A DNA stretch of 64,000 bases from Podarcis bocagei (taxonomy: Eukaryota): the NCBI GenBank assembly GCA_964188305.1, contig OZ076886.1; one strand, 5' to 3'. A program made the position numbers and the translations under genes. This document shows, one piece after another, positions 36,228-49,439 of the stretch; position 1 is the first letter of the stretch, and each line of letters opens with the position of its first letter. The notes beneath the pieces are model-generated. The model saw only the letters and a program-made list of their open reading frames with translations, was not told the DNA's origin and did not search any database.

Positions 36228-38564
36228 GATGGACTTACCTCCAAGTACTATAAGACGTTAAAAGACTATTTGATACAACCATTAATGGAGGTTTGCAACC
36301 AGATTATGGAGGGAGGAAGGGCACCAGATACGTGGAAAGAAGCATTCATCACACTGATACCTAAAGTGGAAACTGAAAAGACTCAACTCAAGAATTACCG
36401 TCCCATCTCACTCCTAAACGTGGATTACAAAATATTTGCAGACATTTTGGCAAATAGATTTAAGAAGGTTTTAAATGAAGTAATTCATAAGGACCAAGCA
36501 GGCTTTCTCCCAGGTAGACATTTGTTTGATAACACTAGGAATATTATTGATATTCTGGAACTTTTACAAACAAATATTAACACTAAAGCAGTGTTAATTT
36601 TTATTGATGCGGAGAAAGCCTTTGACAATATTTCTTGGAAATTTATGAAGAAAAACTTGGAAGGGATGGGAGTGGGAAGGGGGTTTGAGAACGGAATAGA
36701 AGCAATCTATTCCGAACAAAAAGCTAAGTTGATAGTGAACAATGTGGTGACAGAAGAACTCCAGATTGAAAAAGGAACACGCCAGGGGTGCCCCCTGTCC
36801 CCTTTATTGTTTATTTCAGTCCTGGAGGTTTTGCTGAACATGATAAGGAAGGATCGGCAGGTACAAGGAATACGGGTCGGAGTGAAACAATATAAACTGA
36901 AAGCATTTGCAGATGACTTGGTTTTAACATTAGAGGAGCCAGAATCTAGTACAAAAAAAGTACTGGAACTGATACAGAAATTTGGTCGGGTGGCGGGTTT
37001 CAAGTTGAACAAACAAAAAACTAAGGTGTTAGGGAAAAATTTGACAGCTACTGAAACAGAAGGGTTTCAGAAGGAAACAGAACTAAACATTGTTAAAAAA
37101 GTGAAATACCTGGGGGTTAATCTCTCTTCCAAGAACCTGAATTTATTTAAAGATAATTACGAGAAATGTTGGTTAGAAGTTAAAAAAGATTTAGAAATTT
37201 GGTCAAGACTGAAGTTATCCTTGTTAGGCCGAATTGCAGCTATAAAAATGAACGTTTTGCCAAAGATGTTGTTTTTGTTTCAGGCCTTGCAGATTGTGGA
37301 CAGAGTGGAATGTTTTGGAAAGTGGCAGAAGGATATCTCTAAATTTGTCTGGCAGGGCAAAAAGCCCCGAATAAAGTTTAAAATACTAACTGATGCAAAG
37401 GAGAGAGGGGGATTTGCCCTGCCGGACTTAAGGTTATATTACGAAGCTGCAGCCTTCTGCTGGATGAAAGATTGGATTTTGTTGGAAAACACTGATGTCC
37501 TGGATCTGGAAGGCTTTAATAACTCGTTAGGTTGGCATGCGTATTTGTGGTATGACAAGGCAAAAACATATGGAATGTTTAAAAACCATATTGTCAGAAA
37601 AGCAATATTTATGGTCTGGAAAAAATACAAAGACTTATTAGAAAGCAAAACTCCGAGGTGGGTATCACCAATTGAGGCCAAAGCTCGGAAAAAACCCAAT
37701 ATGGAGGCCTACTGGCCGAAATATTGGGAAATAATAGAAAATATTGGAGGTAAATGGAGGCTGCAGAGCTTCGAAAAATTACAAAGTATGGTGCAAGGTT
37801 GGCTACATTATGCCCAAATTAATGAGGTTTTTAAGCTAGACAAAAAAATAGGATTCCAGGTGGAAAAATCGAAACTTGAGATAGAGCTGTTAGAACCAAA
37901 GACCAAGTTATTATCGAGAATGTATAACTTGCTGCTTAAATGGAACACTCAGGATGAGACAGTTAAATCAGCTATGATAAAATGGGCTCAGGACATTGGA
38001 TATAACATCATGTCAGAAGACTGGGAGAGGTTATGGACCACCGGTATGAAGTTTACTGCATGTAATGCTTTGAAAGAAAACATTATGAAAATGGTATACA
38101 GGTGGTACATGACCCCGGTCAAGCTGGCTAAGATATACCATTTGTCCGATAACAAGTGTTGGAAGTGTAAGGAAGCTGAGGGGACATTCTTACACCTTTG
38201 GTGGACCTGCCCAAGATTGAAGGCCTACTGGGAAATGATCTACAATGAGTTAAAAAAGGTGTTTAAATACACCTTCCCTAAGAAACCAGAGGCCTTCCTT
38301 CTGGGCATTGTCGGCCAGAAGGTGTTAAAGAAGGACAGAACCTTTTTTATGTATGCTACAACAGCAGCAAGAATTCTTATTGCTAAGCATTGGAAGACTC
38401 AAGATTTGCCCACACTGGAGGACTGGCAGACGCAATTGATGAACTACATGGAATTAGCCGAGATGACTGCAAGGATCCGAGATCTGGGAGAAGAAGCGAT
38501 GGAGGAGGATTGGAAAAAATTTAAGGACTATTTGCAAAAGTATTATAAATTATATGAATCTTAA
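36228..38564 (+). pseudogene. L1 ORF2 remnant: uninterrupted RT plus C-terminal CCHC domain, endonuclease missing
   Basis: Open from DGLTSKYY; YRPISLLN, DAEKAFD, GTRQGCPLSP, FADD, KYLG, CWKC-x8-H-x4-C; no native start. Confidence 0.92.
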
Positions 38565-38990
38565 GATGTCGCATGATTTGGAATGTCAGCCCCAGCAATA
38601 TAAGCAGATTATTTATGAAAGTTGAATTATCTATGGAAGAATCAAAGTTTAAATGGGTAAAAAAGAAACATTGTAAGATTTTTAAAACAATTGGAATATA
38701 AGAGATTTAAACTTGAATAGTAATTGAAAATACAAAAAACACACGAAACAAGGTAATAACTTGCTGATAACTTTATTGTCAAGAATGCATTATGGGGAGA
38801 CGTGGGGAAGTTCGATAGAAATTTGAAATAAGTTGATGAAATGGTCTGGTTTTATTGTTCTTGTTTCTTCTTTTTTCTTTTCTTTTTTTATTTGCCTTTT
38901 CGTGTTCTTTTTTTTTTTTGTTTACTTTTTGTTATTGTTATATCTGTAATGTGGAAAAAGACGCAATAAAAATTATTATAAAAAAAAAAA
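36228..38990 (+). mobile_element. Young 5'-truncated L1 LINE (inner)
   Basis: 17-bp TSD ATACTTTGCAATGAGTA (36211-36227, 38991-39007); AATAAA 38965-38970 and poly(A). Confidence 0.95.
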
Positions 38991-40612
38991 ATACTTTGCA
39001 ATGAGTATTCTTGCAGCTGTTGTCGCATACATAAAGAAAGTTCTGTCCTTCTTTAACACCCTCTGGCTGACAATGCCCAAAAGGAAGGCCTCTGGTTTCT
39101 TGGGGAAGGTATATTTAAATACCTTTTTTAGTTCATTATAGATCATTTCCCAGAAGGCCTTAACCTTTGGGCACGCCCACCAAAGGTGAAAGAATGTTCC
39201 TTCAGTTTCCTTACATTTCCAACACTTATTGTCTGGCAAATGATATATTTTTGCAAGCTTGACTGGGGTCATGTACCACCTGTAAATCATTTTCATAATA
39301 TTTTCTTTCAAGGCATTACATGCCGTAAATTTCACACCGGTGGTCCATAACTGTTCCCAGTCAGCAAACATAATGTTGTAGCCAATGTCTTGTGCCCATT
39401 TTATCATAGCTGATTTAACCGTTTCATCCTGAGTATTCCATTTTAACAGCAAATTATACATTCTTGAAAGTACTTTAGCTTTTGGTTCTAACAGTTCTGT
39501 TTCTAGTTTTGATTTTTCCACCTGGAAGCCTATTTTTTTGTCCTTATTAAAAACCTCCCTAATCTGACCGTAGTGTAACCAATCTCACACTTTATCCTTC
39601 AATTTCTCAAAACTCTGCAATCTCCATGTATCTCCATCTTTTTCTACTATCTCCCAATATTTTGGCCAATTGGCCTCCATATTGAGTCTTTTCTGAGCCT
39701 TAGCTTCCATTGGTGACAACCACCTTGGGGTCTTACTTTCTAGTAGATCTTTATATCTTGTCCAGACATTAAACACTGCCTTCCTGACAATATGGTTCTT
39801 GAAAGCTTTGTGAGCTTTAACCTTGTCGTACCACAAATATGCATGCCACCCAAATACATTGTTGAACCCTTCCAAATCCAAAATATCAGTGTTCTCCAGA
39901 AGTAGCCAATCTTTCAACCAGCAGAAAGCTGCTGATTCATAATACAGTTTCATGTCTGGCAGGGCAAACCCCCCTCTTTCTTTAGCATCAGTTAATATTT
40001 TAAATTTTATTCTGGGCTTTTTGCGTATCTTGATTTCAATGAGGCTTTTGACAAAGTTCTCCATTATATTCTTGCAGAGAAGCTGGCAAAATGTGTGCTG
40101 GGCAAGGTGGATTTACAGCTGGTTAAATGACCAAACCCAGAGCGCTCACTAATGGTTATCATCCTGGGAAAAAGTGACAAGTGGGATGCCACAGGGTTCT
40201 GTCCTGGGTCTGTTGTTGTTCAATGTCTTTATAAATGACTTGGATGAAGGATTGAGAGGATGAAGATGACACCAAATTTGCAGATGACATCAAACTGGGA
40301 GGGGTAGCTAATACCACAGAAGACAGAATCGGAATTCAAAATGTCTTTAACAGATTGGGACAGAACTCTACATTTAGGTAGGGAGAACCAGCTGCACAAA
40401 TATAAGATGAGAGACACCTGGATTTCCAACAGTAAATACTAAAAGGATTTAGAGGTTTTAGACTATAAGCTTAACATGAGCCGACAGTGTAATGCAGCAG
40501 CAAAAAAACTAATACGATTCTAGGCTGCATGAACAGAAGTATAGTGTCCAGATCAAGGGAAGAAATAGTACCACTCTATTCTGCCTTGGTCAGACCACAC
40601 CTGGAATACTGT

Positions 40613-40737
40613 TTAGGGAAGCTTTTAATATCTGAAGGACTATTGTATTTTAATATTTTGTTGTAAGCCGCCCAGAGTGGCTGGGGAAACCCAGCCAGAT
40701 GGGCGGGGTATAAATGATCAATTATTATTATTTTTTT

Positions 40738-40775
<38 letters not shown>
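40613..40775 (+). mobile_element. L2-type 3' end with (TTTA)n tail inserted in CR1
   Basis: TSD ATACTGT (40606-40612, 40776-40782); matches 28267-28390. Confidence 0.8.
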
Positions 40776-40776
<1 letters not shown>

Positions 40777-41202
40777 TACTGTGTCCAGTTCTTGGTGCCA
40801 CAATTTAAGACAAGCTGGAATGTGTTCAGAGGAGGGCAATCAAGACAATCAATGGTCTGGAAACTAAGCCTTATGAAGAATGGTTAAGGAGTTGGGTATG
40901 TTTAGCTTGGAAAAGAGACTGAGAGGAGATATGATAGCCATCTCAAATATCTAAAGAGCTGTCACAGTGAAGATGGAGCAAGCTTGTTTTCTCCTGCTCT
41001 GGAGGTAGGACCCAAGCTAATGGATTCAACTTACAAGAAAGGAGATTCCAGCAAAATATCAGGAAGAGCTTTCTGACAGCAAGGTTGTGGAGTCCAGAGA
41101 TGAAATTGAGTTTATTGGAAAAAATACAATATCCCAAAGACAAACAGTACTGATGCATTTAATAAATGTATTTAACTTCAAACCTTCTTTTATATGCTTT
41201 AA

Positions 41203-41556
41203 AAAGGTAAAGGACCCCTGACAGTTAAGTCCAGTTGCAGACGACTCGGGTTGCGGTGTTCATCTCGCTTTATTGGCCGAGGGAGCTGACGTTTTGTCCG
41301 CAGACAGTTTTTCCAGTTCATGTGGCCAGTATGACTAAGCCGCTTCTGGCGAAACCAGAACAACGCACGGAAACGCCGTTTACCTTCCCGCCGGAGTGGT
41401 ACCTATTTATCTACTTGCACTTTGACATGCTTTCAAACTGCTAGGTTGGCAGGAGAAGGACCAAGCAACGGGAGCTCACCCCATTGCCGGGATTCGAACC
41501 ACCAACCTTCCAATCAGCAAGCCCTAGGCTCAATGGTTTAGACCACAGCGCCACCC
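41203..41556 (-). mobile_element. Sauria SINE
   Basis: Reverse complement of the SINE head, core and AAAGGT tail. Confidence 0.9.
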
Positions 41557-41715
41557 ACTTTTTACATTAGTTCATTATAAAAACTAGGATAGCAAAAACT
41601 AATTATTTATGATACCTAAATTCCAATTGACTTAGCACATAAAAGCAACTCCCAGACACAAGGTTGGGCAGTGTGTATGGATGACAAGACCCCCAATAAG
41701 CCTCACTGATGTGGT

Positions 41716-41870
41716 CACTGGCAGAGGAAGAGGAGTGCGGGGGGAGCACACCACCCCCGGCAGCAGGATCCTGGTGGCTACCATCAGGGCTGCCCCCTGC
41801 CCCCGCTGGGTGCCACGCCCCTGTGGGTGGTGTGCCACGCCCCCAGGACGCGCATGAAGCTCCACCACTG
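41716..41870. mobile_element. GC-rich hAT-like MITE
   Basis: Perfect 8-bp TSD GATGTGGT; CACTGGCAGAG / CTCCACCACTG termini. Confidence 0.7.
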
Positions 41871-42619
41871 GATGTGGTCCAAAGGAAAGCAGAACAATAT
41901 GTTTGGCACCAGCTTGACTGCAGGAGTTGCCGGAAGGAGTCATACAAGACACCATCCATAACAGATTCTGATATAAAAAGGTGTACTTTGCAACTTGGAG
42001 TAGACCCACTGAAATTGATGGAAAATTACTTAACTGATTCCAGTGGGTATACTATGAGACTGACTAATGTTAAATACCACCTCCCCTCTAAGCAACAGTA
42101 GCATACAGGGTACAATCCTGCTTTTTTAAAACGAAAGGTTCCTCTGCTATTGCTTTTACTGGGATTGTTCTCCAAAGTTTTGTACAAGTATTTGTTGGGC
42201 TCCTCTTAGAATATCAGCATAAAATTACATCAGCATAATACAAGTGCTGGGGGCTGGGGAGAAGCAAACAAATTTCTACCTTTTCAAACTACTTAGTTCA
42301 ACAATTCCTGTTAACTAATCCATGCTCTTGGAAGACAATTACACTGAGCTCTGACAACATTGCCAACCCATTGCAGTGTGCCTTATGCCAAACACCATTG
42401 TTATATTATTGACCATGTTCACTATTACATATGCATATGAAAAAACAGAAGCTTTTTCATCAGGATTACCCTAATAGCATTAAGAGATTATTTTTAAAAT
42501 TTCATTGGAAGAAAATTCACTTAAATGAGATTACTTATTACTTGACTGGTTTCCTATCATGCTGTTATGTTTAGGTAAGTGGAGTCCATTAGAATGCTAT
42601 TTTTTATAAGAAACCTGAT

Positions 42620-42910
42620 TTTATACATTAATGATTTCAAATAAAAGAGAAGTGCTATATTTGTGCGCTGGTTCTTTTGAGAAAGTTAAGTCTGATGCTC
42701 TGGTTAGACGAGATAACACTTTTTGTCCCTCTTGGTGCCCCCCCCTGGTGTCACCATTAGTTGCTAATTACTTGCAAACAAATAAACAATTAACTCCTCG
42801 TGCCTCTTGGTGGGAGAATCTTCATTGACATGCTAAAACTTTCTAATAAAAGATTTTAATTAATGACGTGGCGAATCCAACCCCCTTGTCAACAAAGCTA
42901 TAAGGAGGAA
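42620..42910 (+). promoter_or_regulatory. HESX1 proximal promoter with homeodomain/FOX-type motifs and TATA-like box
   Basis: Repeat-free block with CTAATTA, AAATAAACA, CAATTAA, TTAATTAA, TGACGT and CTATAAGG (~42898-42905) about 65 nt before the ATG. Confidence 0.6.
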
Positions 42911-42967
42911 CTGGGAAAGAAAAACCTGAACTATGGTGCATTTGGTACCTAGGCTGACAGTACAAGA

Positions 42968-43157
42968 ATGGCAAGCAGATCACTCTGTCCTCTTAATGCA
43001 ACTTCTCACAACCATCAGGACAAATCCAATCTTGGGGAAAGCAAAAAGGCATCTTGTTCATTTTCCATTGAAAGCATTTTGGGGTTAGAGCGGAAAAAAG
43101 ATGGCACAACTGCTGCAAAGCCACACAGGCCATGGATGGATAAATGCAGTGATTTGG
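42968..43157 (+). CDS. HESX1: HESX1 coding exon 1
   Basis: MASRSLC...FSIESILGL...[12 protein letters not shown], donor GTAAG. Confidence 0.94.
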
Positions 43158-45828
43158 GTAAGAGGGAAACCTTCATTTCTGTTTTCTTAACTTTTTAACC
43201 TGAGTTCAGGGCTTTAAAAAAGATAATTAACAAGCAGTGTACATCCATTAAATAAGCTGTAAAGAAAAAATCAGGTTGTTATCTTTCAGTTTTGTCTTTC
43301 TTAGGTTTGAAACGTATAACCCAACATTTCATGGTATTAAAATACTGCATTTGTGACTTTGCAGGAGAGGATTGCAACCCTTTTCTACGGTTTCCTGCCA
43401 TTTCCTATGCAATCCCATTGTTTAATGCGATCAGCTACCCAGAGGCAGAAGAAAGGGTTCGGAAATGTGAAAACTATTTTGCAGTCAATGAAAAGCTTTC
43501 TTACAAAAGGGAATTGAGTTGGTACAGAGGTAGGAGGCCAAGAACTGCATTCACTCGAAGCCAGGTAGGGATTGAGTACATTTAACCTATTCATAAATCT
43601 AAGAATGGATGTTTTGCTTGGTGCATTGTTTAGTAAGAGGGTATTTATTAGCAAGAATCCAGAAATGCCTGTTTCACAAAAGTCTGTACAATCATTCATT
43701 TACTGAATAAAAATACGTATAGATGTTAACATGTAATCATCACTGTTGTTCAAAATAGCTTAGTTGATTACTGTTGATTTGTATTTAAGTTTAGAATCTG
43801 ACCTCAGTTTTTATCAGGCGATTCAACTTTATTTTTTGCTGCAGTGAACAATAAATAAGTAATAGTGTTCCTCTTTATTCTCCTTAGATTGAAATACTGG
43901 AAAATGTTTTCAGAGTGAACTCTTATCCTGGGATTGATGTTAGAGAAGAACTAGCTCAAAAATTAGATTTAGATGAAGACAGGATCCAGGTAACTTTTGA
44001 ATAGCATTATTTGAATCTTTCTGTGATTATGTCTGTCTGTCTGCTTAGCAGATCTCGCAGTGGTTGGAAATAATAATTAACTGCAGAGATTCTGACTCCT
44101 ACTGTTTTGGGATTGCTTTTGGAGTACTTTATGGGAGAAAACAGGACACTGCATATATTTGCACTCCCTAACTCCACATATATTTGCCTAAATATAAACT
44201 TACTATAAAAGAAATGCATTTTATTTAACCCGAAAGCATGTACGGTATGTTGCCAGGATTTAAGACTTGGAAGTGTGATGTCTTGATTGTATAGTGAGAG
44301 GTAACTCATCCAAAATTCAATTATCTTTACTCCCAAGTAAGTGTGCTTAGGATTGCAAGAGAATGTAAAATTATGATTATATTAGGAATTTATGTCAGCA
44401 AAAACTAAGGCTACAATTCTAAGCATGCTTGCCAGGGAGTAGGCTCCATTGAACACAGTGGGGCTTACTTCTGAGTAAACATGCATGGGATTGGGTGCTG
44501 TACGTTTTTCAAACTTCTGTTTAAGTGGAATGAGAAACTTAAAATAGGATTTATTATAACTACAAAATGATGAAAGTGCATTTAGCAATCTGAGACTTAT
44601 TATCCAACATTTGATTTAAAATTCCACATAGTTTTAAAAACTTTGTTTTATCTGCCTTCAGACAGACTGAAGTTATGTCTTACTAAGTGGACATAATTTG
44701 TATTTTCTGACCTGGTTGCAACTTGTTTTGGATGCTGTTCAGAATACTTTCTGACTCTGCTTCAGGTGCTGATGATGGACTTTTATCTTTGTTTTACTGC
44801 ATCATTTAATGCTTTAAAAAATCAGGTCTCTTTTGTGGACTGCAGTGGATGACCAAGCATCCACGGCCCGCACTTTCTAGTAGCTTAGAAGTCTGGATAG
44901 ATCCACATCAGAGACTGTGACAGTCTGATTTCATAAACCAATCACCAAATGCAGCCATTCCACAAGTTTTCTTCTCTCCTTTATCTACAAAGTGTTCATT
45001 TCAATCTAGCACCCAGATTGGGTATGTCATAGCTCAAAGAACATAGAATCATAGAATCATAGAATCATAGAGTTGGAAGAGACCACAAGGGCCATCGAGT
45101 CCAACCCCCTGCCAAGCAGGAAACACCATCAGAGCACTCTTGACATATGGTTGCCAAGCCTCTGCTTAAAGACCTCCAAAGTAGGAGACTCCACCACACT
45201 CCTTGGCAGCAAATTCCACTGTCGAACAGCTCTTACTGTCAGGAAGTTCTTCCTAATGTTTAGGTGGAATCTTCTTTCTTGTAGTTTGGAGCCATTGCTC
45301 CGTGTTCGCTTCTCTGGAGCAGCAGAAAACAACCTTTCTCCCTCCTCTATGTGACATCCTTTTATAGATTTGAACATGGCTATCATATCACCCCTTAACC
45401 TCCTCTTCTCCAGGCTAAACATGCCCAGCTCCCTTAGCCGTTCCTCATAAGGCATCGTTTCCAGGCCTTTGACCATTTTGGTTTCCCTCCTCTGGACACG
45501 TTCCAGTTTGTCAGTGTCCTTCTTGAATTGTGAGGAGAGGAGGAGAGCCCTGCTGGATCAGGCCAAAGGCCCATCTGTTCCACCATCCTATTCTCACAGT
45601 GGCAATATTTTATGTTAGTATGTGGTTGTACACTGAGGCTTCATTTTCCAACATAGCCCTTTCCTTTAAGTGGTGCTATGAAGATGGTTGATCTGTAACA
45701 AGCGTACCTTTTTTTTTGAACAATTTCAGATCTGGTTCCAGAATCGCCGGGCAAAGCTGAAGAGATCCCACAGAGAATCTCAGTTTCTAATGGTGAAAAA
45801 CAATTTGTCTCAAAACATGATAAAATAA
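42968..45828 (+). CDS. HESX1: HESX1 (Anf-class paired-like homeobox repressor), 4 coding exons, 196 aa
   Basis: eh1 motif [12 protein letters not shown] motif, homeodomain [65 protein letters not shown]; head-to-head with APPL1 as in other amniotes. Confidence 0.97.
43365..43564 (+). CDS. HESX1: HESX1 exon 2
   Basis: [14 protein letters not shown]...[19 protein letters not shown]. Confidence 0.93.
43888..43989 (+). CDS. HESX1: HESX1 exon 3
   Basis: [34 protein letters not shown]. Confidence 0.96.
45042..45531 (-). mobile_element. Young CR1 3' fragment in HESX1 intron 3
   Basis: Open ORF2 end ([21 protein letters not shown]...) and (ATTCTATG)n tail. Confidence 0.93.
45730..45828 (+). CDS. 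HESX1: HESX1 exon 4 coding part
   Basis: [32 protein letters not shown]. Confidence 0.96.
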   Translation: MWFQNRRAKLKRSHRESQFLMVKNNLSQNMIK

Positions 45829-47119
45829 TAGAATCACCCACCCAATACACTAGTGTATTGCTGAAGCGTGATGTGAAGCGTTCATAAACTGCAAACTCTT
45901 ATCGAGGAATTATAACGTTGCAAATTTGCTTGGATGTTAGTCAACTAGTTCTGAAAGAGAAGAATGATTTTGCGAAGGAAAATAAATGGTGATCAAAGAT
46001 GGGGAACTTGCGGCTCTCCAGATGTTATGGGACCCCAACTCCCATCAGCCTCAGCTAGCGTGGCTAGTGATCAGGCATGATGGGACTTAGAGCCCAACAA
46101 CATCTGGAGGGCCACAGGTTCTCTATCCCTGCTGTAAATACTATTGTAGCATTATTCCTATTAATAAGGGGGGGGGGCATTTCCTCTGACAGCTTAGTAG
46201 CTTATTTTCAGGGGAAAGGGGGGGAAGCTATTTTTGCAGATAACTAACCAAAGGAGGTAGTGATGCATCATTGTAAATTGTGAGGACTAAACATACAACG
46301 GGGCGGAGAAGCTGTGACTTCCCAGATATTGTTGGACTCCAACTCCCATCATCCCCAGCCAGCATGACCGATGGTCAGGCATAATGGGACATTGAGGCCA
46401 ACATCTGGAGGGCTACAAACATCAAGAAGGCTTTGCATACAATTCTGTAGCTCAGTTTTCCTTACAGCTGTGTCTCTGGCCCTCAGGAAGCTGTGTATGT
46501 ATGGGGCCTGCACTATAAAATCCAAAGGATCCACATGAGAAGCTAAGTACAGACAGCTGCAGGGAATCCTGTTCTGGCAGAAGCATTTCTCTCTGTAAGA
46601 TTTGAATCTTTTCTGCTATGTTTCCTACTATGATCCAGAGATGTGCAAATGTTTATTGGGTATTGACTTAAAAAAAGCTTTTTGCCGGGATGTTATGCAG
46701 CAAAAGGATACGGGGCATCCCACTTTGTGTGCATGTGTCTCTGCTTTGTGGGAACTTCATGAAAAGAAGAAAATGACATTCACATATGAAAGCAACATAT
46801 ATCATATTATGGGAATCTTTGCAAGATCAATCCCTGGGGAGGGAGAGCAAGCATTTTGTATCTTCCCACTTTCCTCAGGAAACAGGTTGCTCCTGCGATG
46901 ATCCCTTTGTTGGTTTTTTGGAACCATTTCAGCTCAGTGTGTATATACGCCAAGATTTGCCAGTCTGTAATAACTACAACCCAGCTGACCTTTCAGAGGG
47001 TGCAAAGTCAGTACACATCCCGTCATTCTCAGAATGAACACAACTTGGGCTATATCATAAATACCTGCTTCCCTCCCCACATCTTTTAGAAACCATGTTG
47101 TTTGTATTTTATACTGTAG

Positions 47120-49395
47120 CAGATGCATTGCCTGTTAGTTTCCAGAGGAGTTTAAAGTGCTGATATTGACCTTTAAACAGTTCAGGACAAAGTTATTTGA
47201 AGGACTCTGTCCACCTGTACCCAAAGGAAGTTGCCTGGCCCTTAAGATTAGAATGTAAGATTAAAGAATATTAAAGAACATGAAAAGAAAGAAATAACAG
47301 ATAAGATAGGAATAGAAGCCCACAAAAAAGTAAAGTATTTAGGTATATGGTAAACAGCAAAAAATATTAACATATATAAGGATAATTATGTAAAAGTTTG
47401 GCTAGAAGTTAAAAGAAATCTTGAAATATGGAACAGGATGAATCTATCCCTTTTAGGAAGGATCGCAGCAATAAAAATGATGTGCTTCCAAGAATGTTAT
47501 TTCTTTTTCAGACAATACCAATAATAGCAGGCACTGCATGCTTCAAAGAATGGCAAAAGGAAATTTCAAGATTTCTCTGGAATGGGGAAAAACCGAGGAT
47601 AAAAAATAAGATGCTTACAGATGTGAAAGAGAGAGGTGGTTTCTCACTTCCAGACTTAAAATTGTATTATGAAGCTGCAACCCTAATATGGATCCGAGAT
47701 TGGATCAAACTTGACAGAGAAGAGATAACAGACTTGGAAGGACATGACAATAGGTTTGGATGGCATATCTATCTATGGTATGGAAAAACAAAAATCCATA
47801 AAGGATTCCGCAGTCATAATAAGAAAAGCATTGTTCAAAGTATGGGACAAATATAATGAACTATTAGAACCCAAAACACCTTGGGGGTCACTAAAAACAT
47901 TGGGGGGAAAGGGAGTCTGGCCGACATATAGAGAATTGTTAGTAGAAGAGGAAGGGAAACTAGAATTGAAAGAATATGAGGAAATAAAGGAACATCTTCA
48001 AAGCTGGTTGCATCATAGGCAGCTAAAATATATTTTTCAAGAGGACAGTAAGAAAGGCTTTTTATACAGGATTTCTAAATTCCAAAAGGAAGTAATAGAA
48101 GAGAACTCAAAATTATAAAAGAAAATGCATAACATCCTTTTGGAATGGGAAACGAAAGATGAGGAAGTGAAATCAGTAATGATCAAATGGGTGCAAGACA
48201 TAGGCCACAATATACAATTTGAAGATTGGATAAAACTTTGGAAAGTAAATCTGAAATTTACAGACTGTATATTGTTAAAGGAAAATTACATGAAGATGAT
48301 GTATAGATGGTATATCTCACCGGTGAAATTGGCCAAAATATATAACTATGAACAGAGGGAATGTTGGAGGCGCAAAGAGGTTGAAGAGACATTTTATCAT
48401 ATGTGGTGGGATTGTAAAAGTGTTAAGGTATATTGGGAAATGATCTACAACGAATTTAAAAAAATGTTTAAAATAACATTTGTTGAACAACTAGAAGCCT
48501 TCCTGTTGAGTATATTCGGACAAGACCTGCCAAAAGATAAAAGGACATTATTTATATATGCGACGACAGCAAGAATACTACTAGCACAGAATTGGAAGAC
48601 TGGAGAAATTCCAACAAAAGAACAATGGCAAGAAAAACTGATGAACTATGCGGAATTGGCAAAGCTGACACACAGACTTTGGGGAAAGGACAATAGGGAT
48701 TTTGAAAAAGGGAACCTTTTATATTTGCAGATACAAAGAAAGATTGTTGATCTTATAGGCTTTAAATAAACATTCACAACTTTATGGATAGAGAATAGAT
48801 AATGTAATAAAAGGAAAAATATGATATTTGTAGAAAATAGCAGAATATACTAATGAGGTTAATAAATCAGAAATGGAAGTTGAGGGAAGTCCAAAAGGGG
48901 GGAGGGAGAGACGTTTATGTAAGCTGTATGTTATAAGTATATTTGTAACTAAAGAAAAGGAAATTAATAATTTTTTTAAAAAAAGATTAGGAAAGCTTTG
49001 TTCACATGGCCACTGTCAATAAGATCTCTTAGACTGACAAACACTAGGGGCATGGGCTTTTCAGTGGTAGCTCCATATTTATGGAATTCACTCCTGAGGG
49101 AATTGATGTCTGGCCCTGTTTGTGTTAGCTTTAAAACCTTCTTTATTTCAATTTGCTTTTAATAAGGTGAGGGCCTGAGTACCTAACTGTTAAATTGTTG
49201 TGTTGTTGTTTAAAAATCTGTTTTATCTGCATTGCTGTACTGGGTTATATTGTATTCTAGAACTGCTGTTTTTAGCTTTTGAAATTGTAATGAGATGTTT
49301 TAGTTGTATTTTATGGTTTAAAATGTTTAAGTGGACCACCTTGGGAGGCCTTTACCCTGAAGGTGACCTATAACTTTGGAAAATAAATAAATAAT
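47120..49395 (+). mobile_element. Old L2-like fragment split by an L1
   Basis: LPVSF..FKVLILTFK on the left; AFSVVAP.LWNSL and (AAAT)n on the right. Confidence 0.65.
47252..48982 (+). mobile_element. Older 5'-truncated L1 (different family, frameshifted ORF2)
   Basis: ORF2 C-terminal fragments homologous to 36228-38564; TSD AAGATTAG (47244-47251, 48983-48990). Confidence 0.88.
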
Positions 49396-49439
49396 GCCCA
49401 ACATGTTGAGTGTGCTATTTTGCTAGGGGGCATCTAAAG

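Larger units (their letters stand above)
35594..40022 (-). mobile_element. 5'-truncated L1 LINE (outer), interrupted by a second L1
   Basis: 16-bp TSD GCGTATCTTGATTTCA (35578-35593, 40023-40038); ORF2 C-terminus at 40022-38991 and 36227-36040; 3'UTR and A-tail toward 35594; one in-frame TGA at 39587-39585. Confidence 0.93.
35555..41085 (+). mobile_element. Old CR1 LINE fragment (host of nested insertions; own sequence 35555-35593 and 40039-41085)
   Basis: Rejoined halves read GNSVDIAYLDF|NEAFDKV, then [26 protein letters not shown]. Confidence 0.85.

Noticed and set aside
36270-38564. 764-aa ORF as a domesticated host RT gene
   Set aside because: It starts abruptly at a TSD with no native ATG or endonuclease and ends in poly(A); the open frame is explained by recent insertion
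35594-40022. Single L1 with twin-priming inversion
   Set aside because: The two orientations differ in sequence and each has its own 3'UTR, A-tail and TSD, so these are two independent insertions
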